Source: Octopus vulgaris (Eukaryota). Taken from it: DNA of 64,000 nt. The position numbers were made by a program, and so were the translations under genes. This document shows, piece by piece, positions 52,028-64,000 of this stretch. Under the pieces are notes generated by a model. The model saw nothing but the letters and a program-made list of their open reading frames with translations, made no database searches and had not been told where the DNA came from. Each line of letters begins with the position of its first letter. Position 1 is the stretch's first letter. Where the stretch lies: positions 24,366,001-24,430,000 of the forward strand of contig OX597821.1 in NCBI GenBank assembly GCA_951406725.2, in the 5' to 3' direction.

Positions 52028-54013
52028 ATGAGAGAAGTTGCACCACAAGAACATGAAAGAGCAGAAAAACTCCTCAATGCACACATGGGAATGTGGTGCA
52101 ACATACTCCAACTAATAAAAAGGACGGCACACAATTTCCAAGCATCCAACAATGATGTTCCTACACTATACGGGTTACGCAAAGACCACAAACCCTACAT
52201 AAACCCTGCCGCAGGGCCCCCAACAAGACCAGTTTGCGGAGCGAACATCTCCAGCAACTATAGACTGTCCTACTTCCTCTCACAGGTATTGCGACCTCTC
52301 ATAGAGATGTCTCCGGATGTCTGTATGAGTACGGAAGATCTCCTCAGTAAAATCAGTACTTGCAACCACACCAACGACCTCACAGGTTGTATAGTGGGTA
52401 GTATGGATGTAATTTCACTCTACCCATCTATAGACATAGATTTTGCTGTGGAGAAATGCATTCAAGCAATCTGTGAGAGTGAAGTAGAATTCCGTAAGGT
52501 CAACACCAGGGAACTGGGCCTCCTCCTCAGACTATGTTATGACAATAACTATTTAGATGACCATGACCTTAGTAAATTCTGCCCCACCAGGTCACTGAGG
52601 GGAAGACCACCCACCATCACTTCAGCGATGAAGAAAAGCACCACAGAGCGCTGGAGTGGCTGGATCGCACCCACCCAAAACCCTGAGAACAACAATCAGA
52701 TGAGGGAAATGACTACATATGCAATAGGGGCCAGCGTAAAAACCACCTTGAAAAACCACATAGTAAAGTTTAATAAAAAAAACAAACTATACATGCAGGT
52801 TCAAGGTGCAGCCATTGGTGTAGGTATAGCTGGAGATGTGGCTGGCCTCTTTATGACATGGTGGGACAGAAAATTTAAACAAATGTTAGCAGAACAGTCC
52901 ACAACTTTTCTACTCTACAGTAGATATGTAGATGACATTAATATAATAGTTAGAACCAACTCTAGTGACGGTAATGTAGAGACTGAGAAGAACGTAATGG
53001 AGAGCATCCAGCAAATAGCTAACTCCATTCACCAAAGTATCAAGGAAACTATAGATTACCCCACTAAGAACCCTAACAATAGACTCCCTGTACTTGATAC
53101 TGAACTTTGGTTAGAGACTGTGAACAATAGAGTGCAGCTCCTCCACTCTTATTACATGAAACCTGTAACTTCAAAATATGTTGTTCACAAGAACTCAGCT
53201 TTGTCACACAACATGAGAATTAACATACTAATAGCAGACCTAGTTAGAATAATGAACAATGTGTCCCCACTATGCGAACCCTGTGAAATGAAGAAACAAA
53301 TACAGAACTTCATACACCGCATGCAGTTCTCTGGATATGATCAGAAAGATAGGGTTCGTGTATACAGGGGGTCTAGAAAGAAATTAGATAACATTGATAC
53401 CTGCCCTAGATATAGAAACAAAGAATGGAATAGAATACAAAGAGCTTGTGACAAAGCAAACAGGCAGAACACGTGGTATAAAACCGACAAATATCAAGGC
53501 GTGATGTTTGTAGAGGCCACATCCCACGGAGAACTAGCCCGTAGATTTAGAAAAGCTCTGAAGGAGACCAAACTCAACATTAAAATTGTTGAAAAGCCAG
53601 GGAACTCCGTCAGATCACAACTATGTAGGACGTACCCGTTTAAGAATACCATATGCACCAATGATAACTGTATGGTATGTAGAATTAGCCCTGGTATTAA
53701 CTGTAGAACTCGAAATGTAATTTACAGCATAAGATGCATAGAAGGTGCTTGTAAGGACATGAACATGATGTACATAGGGGAGACGTCTAGGAGCATTGCA
53801 GAACGGATAAATGAACATCTAAGACAATATGACGACAGAAAACAGTCCTCCATACTCTACCAATATGCTAAAGACCACCATGGAGGTAACTTGGGTCAAC
53901 TTGACATCCGCATCTTATCCAAGCACCCAAAAGACCCAACACTCAGACAAATACGGGAGTACGTCCTTATAAATCAAACTTCTCCAATATTAAATAGGAA
54001 ATATACACAATAA
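52028..54013 (+). CDS. Penelope-like RT + GIY-YIG endonuclease polyprotein (661 aa open; true start upstream of an in-frame stop)
   Basis: LYGLRKDHK, RPVC, SMDVISLYPSI, QVQGAAIG, YSRYVDDI, LPVLD, YMKP; Cys linker CTNDNCMVC..C; VIYSIRC..YIGETSR..ERINEH. ORF 51830..52015 (PTDKSG) is in the same frame. Confidence 0.9.
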   Translation: MREVAPQEHERAEKLLNAHMGMWCNILQLIKRTAHNFQASNNDVPTLYGLRKDHKPYINPAAGPPTRPVCGANISSNYRLSYFLSQVLRPLIEMSPDVCMSTEDLLSKISTCNHTNDLTGCIVGSMDVISLYPSIDIDFAVEKCIQAICESEVEFRKVNTRELGLLLRLCYDNNYLDDHDLSKFCPTRSLRGRPPTITSAMKKSTTERWSGWIAPTQNPENNNQMREMTTYAIGASVKTTLKNHIVKFNKKNKLYMQVQGAAIGVGIAGDVAGLFMTWWDRKFKQMLAEQSTTFLLYSRYVDDINIIVRTNSSDGNVETEKNVMESIQQIANSIHQSIKETIDYPTKNPNNRLPVLDTELWLETVNNRVQLLHSYYMKPVTSKYVVHKNSALSHNMRINILIADLVRIMNNVSPLCEPCEMKKQIQNFIHRMQFSGYDQKDRVRVYRGSRKKLDNIDTCPRYRNKEWNRIQRACDKANRQNTWYKTDKYQGVMFVEATSHGELARRFRKALKETKLNIKIVEKPGNSVRSQLCRTYPFKNTICTNDNCMVCRISPGINCRTRNVIYSIRCIEGACKDMNMMYIGETSRSIAERINEHLRQYDDRKQSSILYQYAKDHHGGNLGQLDIRILSKHPKDPTLRQIREYVLINQTSPILNRKYTQ

Positions 54014-54675
54014 ATACCCTCCATACCCACAGTTTACACAGGAAGAGTAGAATAGTTAGTGGACTGTTAGGTAGATAAATGTATGTATGTATGTGTGTGA
54101 GTGTGTGTGTATACTTCTTTTTTTTAATCATTTTTTTGTTATATTTTTATATATATTTTAAATATTTTTTTTATTTTTTATATTTTTTATTTTTTATATT
54201 TTTATTTATTATTTATTTATTTTTTATTTCTGTATGTAAGCATTTAGATATGTAAATAAACAGATCAACATACAGACGGATAGGTACATAGGTTACAATG
54301 TACATAGGTTACAGACACATATGGAGACACGGATCCACACATATAAAGATGAACATCGATACATACAAACATGGTACATTGTTACATAACACACACACAC
54401 ACACAGATATGCACACACAAGGAGACAGAGGTGCATACATATACAAACACACGCTCACACACACATACATAGAAAATACACAAACACTGACAGGCAAGCA
54501 CATAAATATGCAGGATACGTACATACATACATATTCATAAACACACATATATACACACATACATACATACATGTATGCATTATAGGCACACACACACACA
54601 CATACACACTGACCCACACACATGCGCACAAACAAACAAAAGGGAACGCAGTGTAAATATCGGACAGAATGAAGA

Positions 54676-54712
54676 CTATTGAAAAGGTTGCAAGACGCAA
54701 CGAAAATTTTAG
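54676..54712 (+). ncRNA. Minimal type I hammerhead ribozyme motif with U3-A8 core
   Basis: CTA-TTGAAAA-G-GTTGC-AAGAC-GCAAC-GAA-AATT-T-TAG: stem I CTA/TAG, 5-bp stem II, palindromic AATT. Confidence 0.6.
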
Positions 54713-54873
54713 AAAATAAAAAATAAGTGGAAATTTTACCGGTGAGTGTGTCAAAATAATAAGGCACTAAAAGAGAATGACTCTCCCCAGACACAATAGA
54801 GTTCTAAAGTTACTTTCCTTACACTTTACCATATATATATATGTATGTATATATATATATATATACATGTGTG

Positions 54874-54952
<79 letters not shown>

Positions 54953-55012
54953 CTATTTAAGGGACATAACTAAAAAATATCTTGTAGAGTTACTTCCCTT
55001 AAACTTTACATA

Positions 55013-55087
<75 letters not shown>

Positions 55088-55191
55088 GTGTGTGTGTGTG
55101 TATATAAATATATATATATATCTCTTATGATAAAAGGCAGATTTTCCCTGCCTGTTCCCATGTTCCTTTTTAATACAATTCTTCAATATAG

Positions 55192-55650
55192 AATTTCTTC
55201 AATTAGAATTTACCTATGATTTTTCGAAGTAGATTCGATTGGGTCATGGCATATAAAGTTTTTTCAATTTGACCCCCAATTAAGCAAAAGTTCGAGAAAA
55301 GTAAATATTTTACGATTTGCCTCTCTAATTTCAACTGATTCACTCCTGCTATTACCATAATTTCTCCTACTTTCTCTTTGCAAGTGTACCTTAAACCACT
55401 ACTAAAAAAAAACAAAAAAACAGAACAAACAGAAACAAATAAATACATAACGATTTACTCCTCACGCAATTTCTTCAATTGGAATTTACCTATGATTTTT
55501 CGAAGTACATTCCATTCGGTCATGGCATATAAATTTCTTTCAATTTGACCCCCAATTAAGCCAAAATTTGAAAAAACTCTATATTTTACGATTTCCCTCT
55601 CTCACTTCAAAGGCTTTACTCCGCCTATTAGCACACTTTCTCTTTACACA
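55192..55650. repeat. Diverged tandem duplication (~276-bp period), likely Helitron interior
   Basis: AATTTCTTCAATT.GAATTTACCTATGATTTTTCGAAGTA..GTCATGGCATATAAA..CAATTTGACCCCCAATTAAG at 55192 and 55468. Confidence 0.75.
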
Positions 55651-55901
55651 CATAGACACGCAAACATATACATATATGAAAGTGTCAATTGTTGAAAGAA
55701 AATTGTAAGCTAAGAAGGTGTGTCTGTGTGTGCGTGTGTGTGTGTGTCTGTGTGTGTGAGAGTGTGTGTGTGTGTGTGTAGGAAGTGAAGGATAAAAATA
55801 TGGCAAGAAGTGGACAGATGTACATATATACATACATACATCCATACATACATAGATGTGTGTGAGTGTGCGTATGTATGTGTATTAATGTGTGTGTGTT
55901 A

Positions 55902-56280
55902 TCTCTCTCTATATAAAGCTGAAGTTGTCTGTGTGCGCCAGGTTTGGTAGCCTTCAACTAACACTATCTCCTCCGAGACCCTGCGGCACAAGTTGACCAA
56001 AATTGAGAGTATGATTGAAGGGTTGCTCTTCCTTCCGTAAAAGATAAAATTCAAATCGGACCATGTTAACACCAAAAATTATTTACATCAAAAAGGTGCT
56101 TTTTTCTATGAAAATCCCTATTTTTTACGATTTTTTCACTGCTGTGTCGCCACTTTTAGGTTTATTTCAACCAGAAAAATGTTCACTTGAAGAGAATAAC
56201 AATCTACATAATGCAAAATTTTTACTTTTCAAAAATTCCAATTCCAGCGGGTCGAAACAAACGCCGGGCGATACTGCTAG
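55902..56280 (+). mobile_element. Non-autonomous Helitron (same family as 32585-32977)
   Basis: A|TC start, shared interior, AACGCCGGGCGATACTGCTAG|T end. Confidence 0.8.
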
Positions 56281-57445
56281 TATATTAATGAAAGGAATTC
56301 CAACCTTGTCTGATTTTCACGTTTTATTTACAATCTTATAATGATATAAGATAATATAATATAATAGAATAAAATAAAATAGTATAGTAGAATGTTAAAT
56401 GTTCTTTCTGATTGAACTAGCCCTTTCATGCATTAAATTATGCAATCTTCAGGTTCATGTAGTAGTGGTGACAGTCATGCTTCACAATTTTTGACTGTAG
56501 CGAGATGGTTAAATCTGTGCGAATATGAACTGCAAAGGCAGAAATTTAATTTACTGCATCAAATGCCCAAGTGAAATCGAGAGGAAAATCAGAGAAAAGA
56601 GGAATCAAGTGAAGAACACGATGGAATGACATGTAATCACGTGAAAGGAAAACCACGGAACAGAACTCATTGGAAGATTCTTGCAAAGAGCCAAATTTCT
56701 ACAAGACATACAAACACACTATGTTGATGATGATGATGACGATGATGATGACGAGGACGATTTTGAAGGTGGTGGTGGTGGTGGTGGTGGTGGTGGCGGC
56801 GGTGGTAGTATCAGCAGTGATGATGATAAAATGAAGAATATTCATAGAAAGTGCTTTAAGTCACTTCTCCTATTTCCAGCCGCGTGTTTATGTGAAATAG
56901 GATTTCCTGTCTGCAAAACAATGTAACCATTGCAAACAGACTGAATGCTAAAGCAAACAAGAGAATTCTACTTTCTGTCATTACATCAGATTTTAAAGTG
57001 GTTTGCACTAAAATGAAACAGCAGTGCCGACCATCTTTGTCTTTTCTAACATTCCCTTGAAATCTTTCAGTGGCTTACTTTCATAATAATCACCTTATCA
57101 ATATAAGAATATAAAAAATATCTTTTAGGGATTCACACATATTTTTTAAGAAATATTTCGACTGAAAATTTGAGAACGGTTCGTCTATCACCGAGTACAT
57201 GTGGGTATAACAATAGAACAGACTTAATTTCATCTTTATTTTTATCTCATCCGTTTCAGTGTCATCAGAAGCATGCATTCCCTTTCTTAGTAGAGACATG
57301 AATAAATAAATATACAGATAAATAAATAAATAAGAATAACATAAGAAAAGCAAATAACATATTAGAGAGTTGATATCTAAAATAAATCATACGGTAATAG
57401 GGATATGGGAAAAATTATCTAACACATTGAAGAACAGATTGATCA

Positions 57446-58716
57446 AGGAGTGGCTGTGTGGTAAGTAGCTTGTTTACCAACCACATGGTTCCAGGTTCAG
57501 TCCCACTGCGTGGCACCTTGGGCAAGTGTCTTCTACTATAGCCTCGGGCCGACCAAAGCTTTGTGAGTGGATTTGGTAGACGGAAACTGAAAAAAGAAGC
57601 CCGTCGTATATATGTATATATATATATATATATATGCATGTGTGTGTTTGTGTGTCTGTGTTTGTCCCCCTAGCATTGCTTGACAACCGATGCTGGTGTG
57701 TTTACGTCCCCGTTACTTAGCGGTTCGGCAAAAGAGACCGATATAATAAGTACTGGGCTTACAAAAGAATAAGTCCCGGGGTCGAGTTGCTCGATTAAAG
57801 GCGGTGCTCCAGCATGGCCGCAGTCAAATGACTGAAACAAGTAAAAGAGTAAAAGAGTAATATATATTCTTTAATCTTCATACTTGTTTCAGTTATTAGA
57901 ATTCTTTCATGCTGGGGCACAGCTTGCAAGGATTTCAGTCGAAAGGATCGACCCCAGTACTCATTTTTTAAAAGCCTAGTACGTATATCGGTCTCTTTTG
58001 ACGAACCGCTACATTTCGGGGACATAAACACACCAACACCGTATATGAGTGTACATATAAGACGGGCTTCTTTCAGTTACCGTCTAGCAAATTCACACAC
58101 AGCTTGGTCGGTCCGAGGCAGAAGTAAAAGATACTTGCCGAAGGGACTGTAGTAGAGGCTGTAGTAGACGGTACTTGCCAAAGGGACTGAACTCGGAACC
58201 ATGTGGCTGGTAAGCAAATTTCTTACCATACAGCTACGTCTGCGCCTCTATAATGAAGTATTTCTAATTTTACTTTTAACTATACAGAATTTAACGAGAG
58301 TCAATGAGCTCTGCTTTGGCTGAGTGGCTGTGTGGTAAGTAGCTTGCTAATCAACCACATGGTTCCGCGTTCAGTCCCACTGCGTGGCATCTTGGGCAAG
58401 TGTCTTCTGCTATAGCCCCGGGCCGACCAATGCCTTGTGAGTGGATTTGGTAGACAGAAACTGAAAGAAGCCTGTCGTATATATGTATGTGTGTGTGTTT
58501 GTGTGTCTGTGTTTGTTCCCCTAGCATTGCTTGACAACCGATGCTGGTGTGTTTACGTCCCCGTAACTTAGCGGTTCGGCAAAAAGAGACCGATAGAATA
58601 AGTACTGGGCTTACAAAAAGAATAAGTCCCGGGGTCGAGTTGCTCGACTAAAGGCGGTGCTCCGGCATGGCCGCAGTCAAATGACTGAAACAAGTAAAAA
58701 AAAGAGTAAAAAAAGA
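57446..58716. mobile_element. Three family A SINEs (+ 57446-57860, diverged - 57880-58247, + 58322-58716)
   Basis: Recognisable heads and tails for each copy. Confidence 0.85.
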
Positions 58717-60249
58717 GAATATTAATAATCTTAAAATTACTTACGAGTAAAGCTGGAAATATTTTCTTAGCTAATAGTTTCTGATATAGAATGAAAGCCA
58801 GTAATTTTGAAGAGAGGGGTTAGTGGATACCATCAAAGTATCAGTACATAACTGGTACCGTATTTTATCGACACAGAATGTAAAAAGCCGGAAGAAATGT
58901 CACAAGGCATTTCTTCCGATGCTGTAGCGAATCTGATAACGGCCTGTCTTTTATACAGACTTAATTAAAGGAACCGAAAAACATAATTTACATAATACAT
59001 ATTAAACGTAATGAAATAATTTATACTCTACATATTCTATACATAAACTTCCTAGATGAGTAAAAACAACTAAAGAAATAAAAAAATTCCTCGTAAGACT
59101 CCCTCTAAACAGGCTTTAGAAATGTCGCGAAAGGCCTGATTGGGGGCCCAACCTTCCGAGTTCTTTTAGAGAGCTTAGAACAACTGAAGGATTGATGCAA
59201 TAAGTGTGTGAATCTGAGAGGGGAATATTATGAATTAAATCATAACTGACTGGTCCTCCTGTATTTTCTTTTAGGCAAAGCCAGAAACTTATTCAATATA
59301 AATTTATTCAATATACTTGTTCCACCACCCACGCTACGCTATAGTATTATGGAAATATCAACAGAACCAAACAATATATTCAGATACAAACAAATAAACA
59401 AAACAACGCACGGAATGAAATCCACTTGAAATCCACTTGAATCAACCTCAAAACACTTCAGAAAATGAACAAGACCAGAAGTGTTGCCATTACTTCGGTT
59501 CGAGTACTTGCAGTCCTTAAACGGATATATGATTTTCACTCATACAATACACAGCCACAACAAGTATATTCAATATATTACTACATAAACAAAGTATACA
59601 TTATCCTAAATGTACTAGAAGGTAACAATGAAGGGAAAAACACTTTCATGTAATTTGATAATAACCAAATTTACACATAACGTTCCCGTTGAAGTTATAC
59701 AGGAAACAAGATTAAGAGCTTAAAGGTATAAGGTTGCTATTCATGCGCGACGTACGTGACAGTCAGAGAGACAGAAATTGTGAAATATATGAGCTGTAAA
59801 TTTCGAACATTTGCAAGAATGATATCGATTCACTTTTCACAGTACACATACAAGTATTAAACTATTTAAAACTGAAAATGTTTGTTGAGGACCCCAGAAG
59901 TTTGACTTATGAGACATCGCATAAAGAATCTTTTTTTTTATTAACTACTAATTCCTTTGAATTTCTCCAGAGCAACGTAAAAAGCCATATTGTGTTTATT
60001 TATATTAACCTTGAAATTAAAAAAAATAATGCTAAGTTGTTTACAGGACAACTATCACTGTGATCACCATCGTCCTTTATCTGGTGTGACGCCTGTGACA
60101 CCAATGGAAGTGACATTTTCAAGACAGATATTTCCAATACCTTTCAAATAACGTGGATCTGGAAGAAATTGTCTCACTATCGATATCTGGTTGAAAATGA
60201 CCTATTCCAACATACCTTTATATGTGTAAGTAATTTTTCTGGGCATTCT

Positions 60250-61620
60250 AAAAATAGTAAGCTTTCAGACAGCCTGAAAGAAGGGATAATATGCTCTATC
60301 CATAAGGGAGGAAGCAGAGCAGATGCTAAAAATTATAGGCCAATCTTTCTGACCTCACAAATCAGCAAAGTCATGGAATAAACTAATCGCGTTCCTAGAA
60401 GAAAACGACTTGCTGGCTGACAACGAGAATGGATTTCGACCAGGTAGGAGCTGTCTAACATAGCTCTTGCAACACTGAGACTGGGTGTTAAAACAACTGC
60501 TAAATGGCTCAAGTGTGGTTGTGAAGTCTCGACTTTGCAAAAGCCTTTGATAAAGTCGACCATGGTATATGTGACAAGCTGCGTGATTTCTGTATCGGTG
60601 GAAAACATGGAGAGTGGCTGCACAACTTTCGAAAAGATAGACGTCAGGCAGTGGTGGCCAATGGAGCCACCTTCAAGGAAACGCAAATAACAAGTGGTGT
60701 TCCACGGGGCACTGTCTTAGGGCTACTGCTATTCATAGTGACCCTCTCAGGCATGCCCTCAGTTGCTCAGATAACCACCCTTGCTTGCTATGCAGATGAC
60801 ACAAAAGTCTCTCAGACAATACAAAATCTTGGAAATATTGCACATCTGCAACGGGAGTTGGACGCAATATACAGGTGGGTTGAAGACAACAACATGCAGT
60901 TTAATACAGGTAAATTCCAAGCTCTGCGCTACCAGCACACAAAGCTGAACGACATACAGACAGAATACACTGACCCGGGAGGAATTGCAATCCCTGAATC
61001 AATATCAGTGCCTGACCTGTGCATTGACATGAGTAATGATGCATCTTTCCAATTGCATATTACCAATTTGGTAATAAAATGCAGACGGCTAGCTGGATGG
61101 ATCCTCCAAACTTTCAAAACAAGAGAAAGGGAGACATTCATGGTCCTGTGGAGGACATGAGTCCTCAGCCGCTTGGACTACTGCTCGCAACTATACTCAA
61201 CGGTGGAACTCGAAGCAATCTAAGAAAATCGTCTCAATGTAATGTATCAGCTACTGGAAAAAACTGAAAGAATTAAAACTCTTCTCCCTAGAAGGAAGGC
61301 GGGAAATAATGCAGTGATACACATCTGGAAAATCCTGGAAGTCCTTGTACCAAACTTTGGCGTTGAAAGTTACTCAAACAGCAGAACAGAGCGCCACCGC
61401 AGAGTGCCAAAGATCCCAACATCGTCATCAAAATACAGGACCAGATACTGCAACAGCTTGGGTTTCAAAGGCCAACAGCTCTTTAAAACAAAACTGGATC
61501 TCTTCCTGTCAAGTGTTCCAGACGAGCCTACATCACGCCCGGGAACATATATCAGGGCAGCGGCATCAAACTCCCTCATTAACCAAATGCCACATATGAG
61601 AGACGGTTTCAAATAATGGT
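60250..61620 (+). mobile_element. CR1/L2-group LINE ORF2 3' fragment, same family as 24381-26010
   Basis: KNYRPIFLTS, SGVPRGTVLG, YADDTK, MQFNTGKFQAL, FKTKLDLFLSSVPDEP; several stops and frameshifts. Confidence 0.85.
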
Positions 61621-61939
61621 GTAGCCTTGAAGCTAAAACATTTTAAAGACTTAAAGATGTATGTATGTTCATTGCATTGCTTGTTTGTAACTTTATCGTA
61701 TTTTTTATGGTAGCTTTTGGAGCAATGGGTCTGATTCTCGCAAGTGGTATTATATACCCTACTTAATCTTCAATTACTTTATACTGTGTCTGTAAAGGTG
61801 TGTACTTGCTAGCCATCTTATTACTGTAAACTACGGTAACAATACTTCTTTATTTATATATGCATTTATGTATGTATACTTATATATGTATGTATACATA
61901 TATAATGTGTGTGTGAATGTATGTATGCATGTCTATATA

Positions 61940-62058
<119 letters not shown>

Positions 62059-62115
62059 TTGAAAGAATGAGTAGAGATGGCTTCTTTGAGGGGATAATTT
62101 TTAAACAACTGTTTA

Positions 62116-64000
62116 TCTATAAAAGAGAGAATATGTGTGTGTGTGTGTGTGTGTGTACGTAAATGTAATTTATGCACGTCCACAAATTAGAACGCAGGTC
62201 GCTTCAATTTTAGGAGGACATTCATCACGACCCTAGCTGGGTTTTGTCAACTTATTTTTCCCGAGACACCCATGGATAGTAGTAAAATTCGATTATCAAC
62301 CATAATTTTTATCAATTTTGAAATTTGCTAACATGAGTTAAGTCCCTTCGTGCCATAGAGAAGTGAAACTGTGAGCGTGTGTTGTGTGTGTGAGGGTGAG
62401 AGTTGTGAATTGATGTTATGTGTGTGTGAGGAAAGAGAGAGAGTTTGACACCGTCTAACAAAAAAAAAATGTAAAGAAAAAGTGTGTGTGAGGGAGAGGG
62501 GAAAGAGTTTCACAGCATCTAATAAAAAAGTTAAAGACAAAATGTGTTTGAGGGAGAGAGGGTAAGTGACAGCGTTCACCAAAAATAAAAATGTAAGATG
62601 TTTTTTTTTTCTTAAACATGAGATATAGTTTTCAAATTTAGGATGTTTTTGAAAGACACTACATTTTAGAATCAGATTATATATACTTTCTCTCACAACA
62701 ATTAAAATATATTTATTTTAAATCACTTATTTATTGTAAATCGTTCATCTTTCTTCCCGCCTCTCATCTCTCACACACAATACTTTGGGTGCGAAAGAGT
62801 TTTGTTTTTATTTGACGCCAAGGAAAAATGTGTTTTGTTGAGAATCCATTTATTTAACCAGAAAGAAACAAAGAAGTACGTAATAATTTGTCAGTGAATT
62901 ACACAATATAAATGGGTAAAATTTCCGAGGCCTCCACCCCACCCACCCCGTTTTTCGAACCACAAAATGGTTTTGTAGTATATTAGGAGGCCAGGGTAGC
63001 TGATACCGCGCAAAAAATCCGATTTTTTTTTTGTCCTAGTGAAAATCATGCGAGTGTTATCTAAAAATTTACTTGCAGTTTTTCAAGGTAAATTTGAGAT
63101 TGAAAAAAGGTGTTTTCCATATTCTTAATCTCCGTATTTTCCCACGAACATCGAAAAATTGATGGTAAAAAGATCAATGAGTGTAGGGGGTGAAATTTCC
63201 GAGGCTTCCACCAAACCACCTCGTTTTTCGGACCACAAAAAGGGTTTTGTAGCATATTAGGAGTCCACGCAAAAAATCTGATTTTTTTCTTCTTGATGAA
63301 AATCGTGCGAGTGTTAATCTAAAATATACCAACATTTTTTTCATTCATTTCTGTTTATGAAATTCTCTGTAAGTAATTTTGCTTTCTCGGTAGTCAAGGC
63401 AAATGATGATTGACAAAGCAACGATACCTTAATGCTGACATTGGATACGATGAGCTGATCTATAATAATGCGCTGATTGAAATCAAGGATGCCTTGCTCA
63501 AAATGGGAGGGGCGGCATCGAATACATTCGGTTTGCCATCCTCATTGCGACAAGACGCTAACAGACTCGCACCAAAGCTACTTCTGGAGTTGCCGTATGA
63601 TGCCGATGGCCTTGAGTACCTGAGAGTAAATGAACCGAAATTGCTCCCTGATCAGAGGCTGACTTACGAAACTGTCGTCAGTGCCGTTGAAAAACGGGCG
63701 GACGGCATCTTTTTCCTCGAAGATCCTGGAGGTGCCGTCAAAGACTTTGTAATTCATCGCGAGAAACAAATTTCGCTAGCCGTTACCTCTTCGGGAATCG
63801 CTGCTACGTGTTGCCGGGAGGTAGGACGGCGCACTCGGCATCCAGGCTGCCTTTGAATTTGGTGAGGGTCGAGGTTCCTACTTGCAACGTTGGCAAAAAT
63901 TCAGAGGAAGTTGAAGTTCTCAGACAGTGCCGTGTCCCTTGTTTTCATTGGAGCCCCCCCCACTTGTCAGAAAACAGCTTCAAAAGTTGTGAAGAAAGAA
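62116..64000 (+). mobile_element. Helitron deletion derivative with degenerate PIF1-type helicase; runs off the window end
   Basis: ORF 63410..63856 (ALIEI..L, FGLP, DQR..YE.V, IFFLEDPGG = decayed FFLDAPGGTGKT, LAVTSSGIAA). Candidate A|TC 5' end at 62116; internal tandem repeat near 62910/63185. Confidence 0.7.

Larger units (their letters stand above)
51640..55010 (+). mobile_element. Penelope-like retroelement (Neptune-type), 5'-damaged
   Basis: RT + GIY-YIG ORF, AT/CA-rich 3' UTR, hammerhead motif at 54676 and terminal segment at 54952-55008. Confidence 0.8.

Noticed and set aside
56681-56926. Poly-Asp/poly-Gly ORF
   Set aside because: (GAT)n/(GGT)n microsatellite without splice or homology support.

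Overview
Eukaryotic, AT-rich, microsatellite-dense DNA. The SINE families and repeat style strongly suggest an octopod (Octopus) genome; this is an inference. One host gene is visible: a + strand pancreatic-lipase-family gene (alpha/beta hydrolase plus C-terminal PLAT domain). I could splice 8 coding exons in phase by eye (3406-3716, 14026-14254, 29011-29130, 30527-30649, 33556-33777, 36054-36162, 38193-38375, 39468-39552; about 460 codons). The Ser-Asp-His triad is intact. Two oddities: the conserved HG motif reads PG, and the best signal-peptide exon is 1 nt out of frame. The rest is mobile DNA: R4/Dong, RTE, CR1-like and L1/Tx1 LINE fragments; a Penelope-like element with a 661-aa RT + GIY-YIG ORF; several tRNA-derived SINE families; Tc1/mariner copies and MITEs; a hAT MITE; a Merlin-like MITE with telomere-type repeats; and Helitrons. 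Less obvious signals: at least five minimal type I hammerhead-ribozyme motifs on Penelope-derived ends (two in long foldbacks, one with a compensatory U3-A8 core), and an intron-containing tRNA-Lys(UUU) copy with a damaged acceptor stem. Most ORFs in the supplied track are microsatellite or SINE artefacts. Repeat boundaries were read by eye and are approximate unless a TSD or TIR is quoted.
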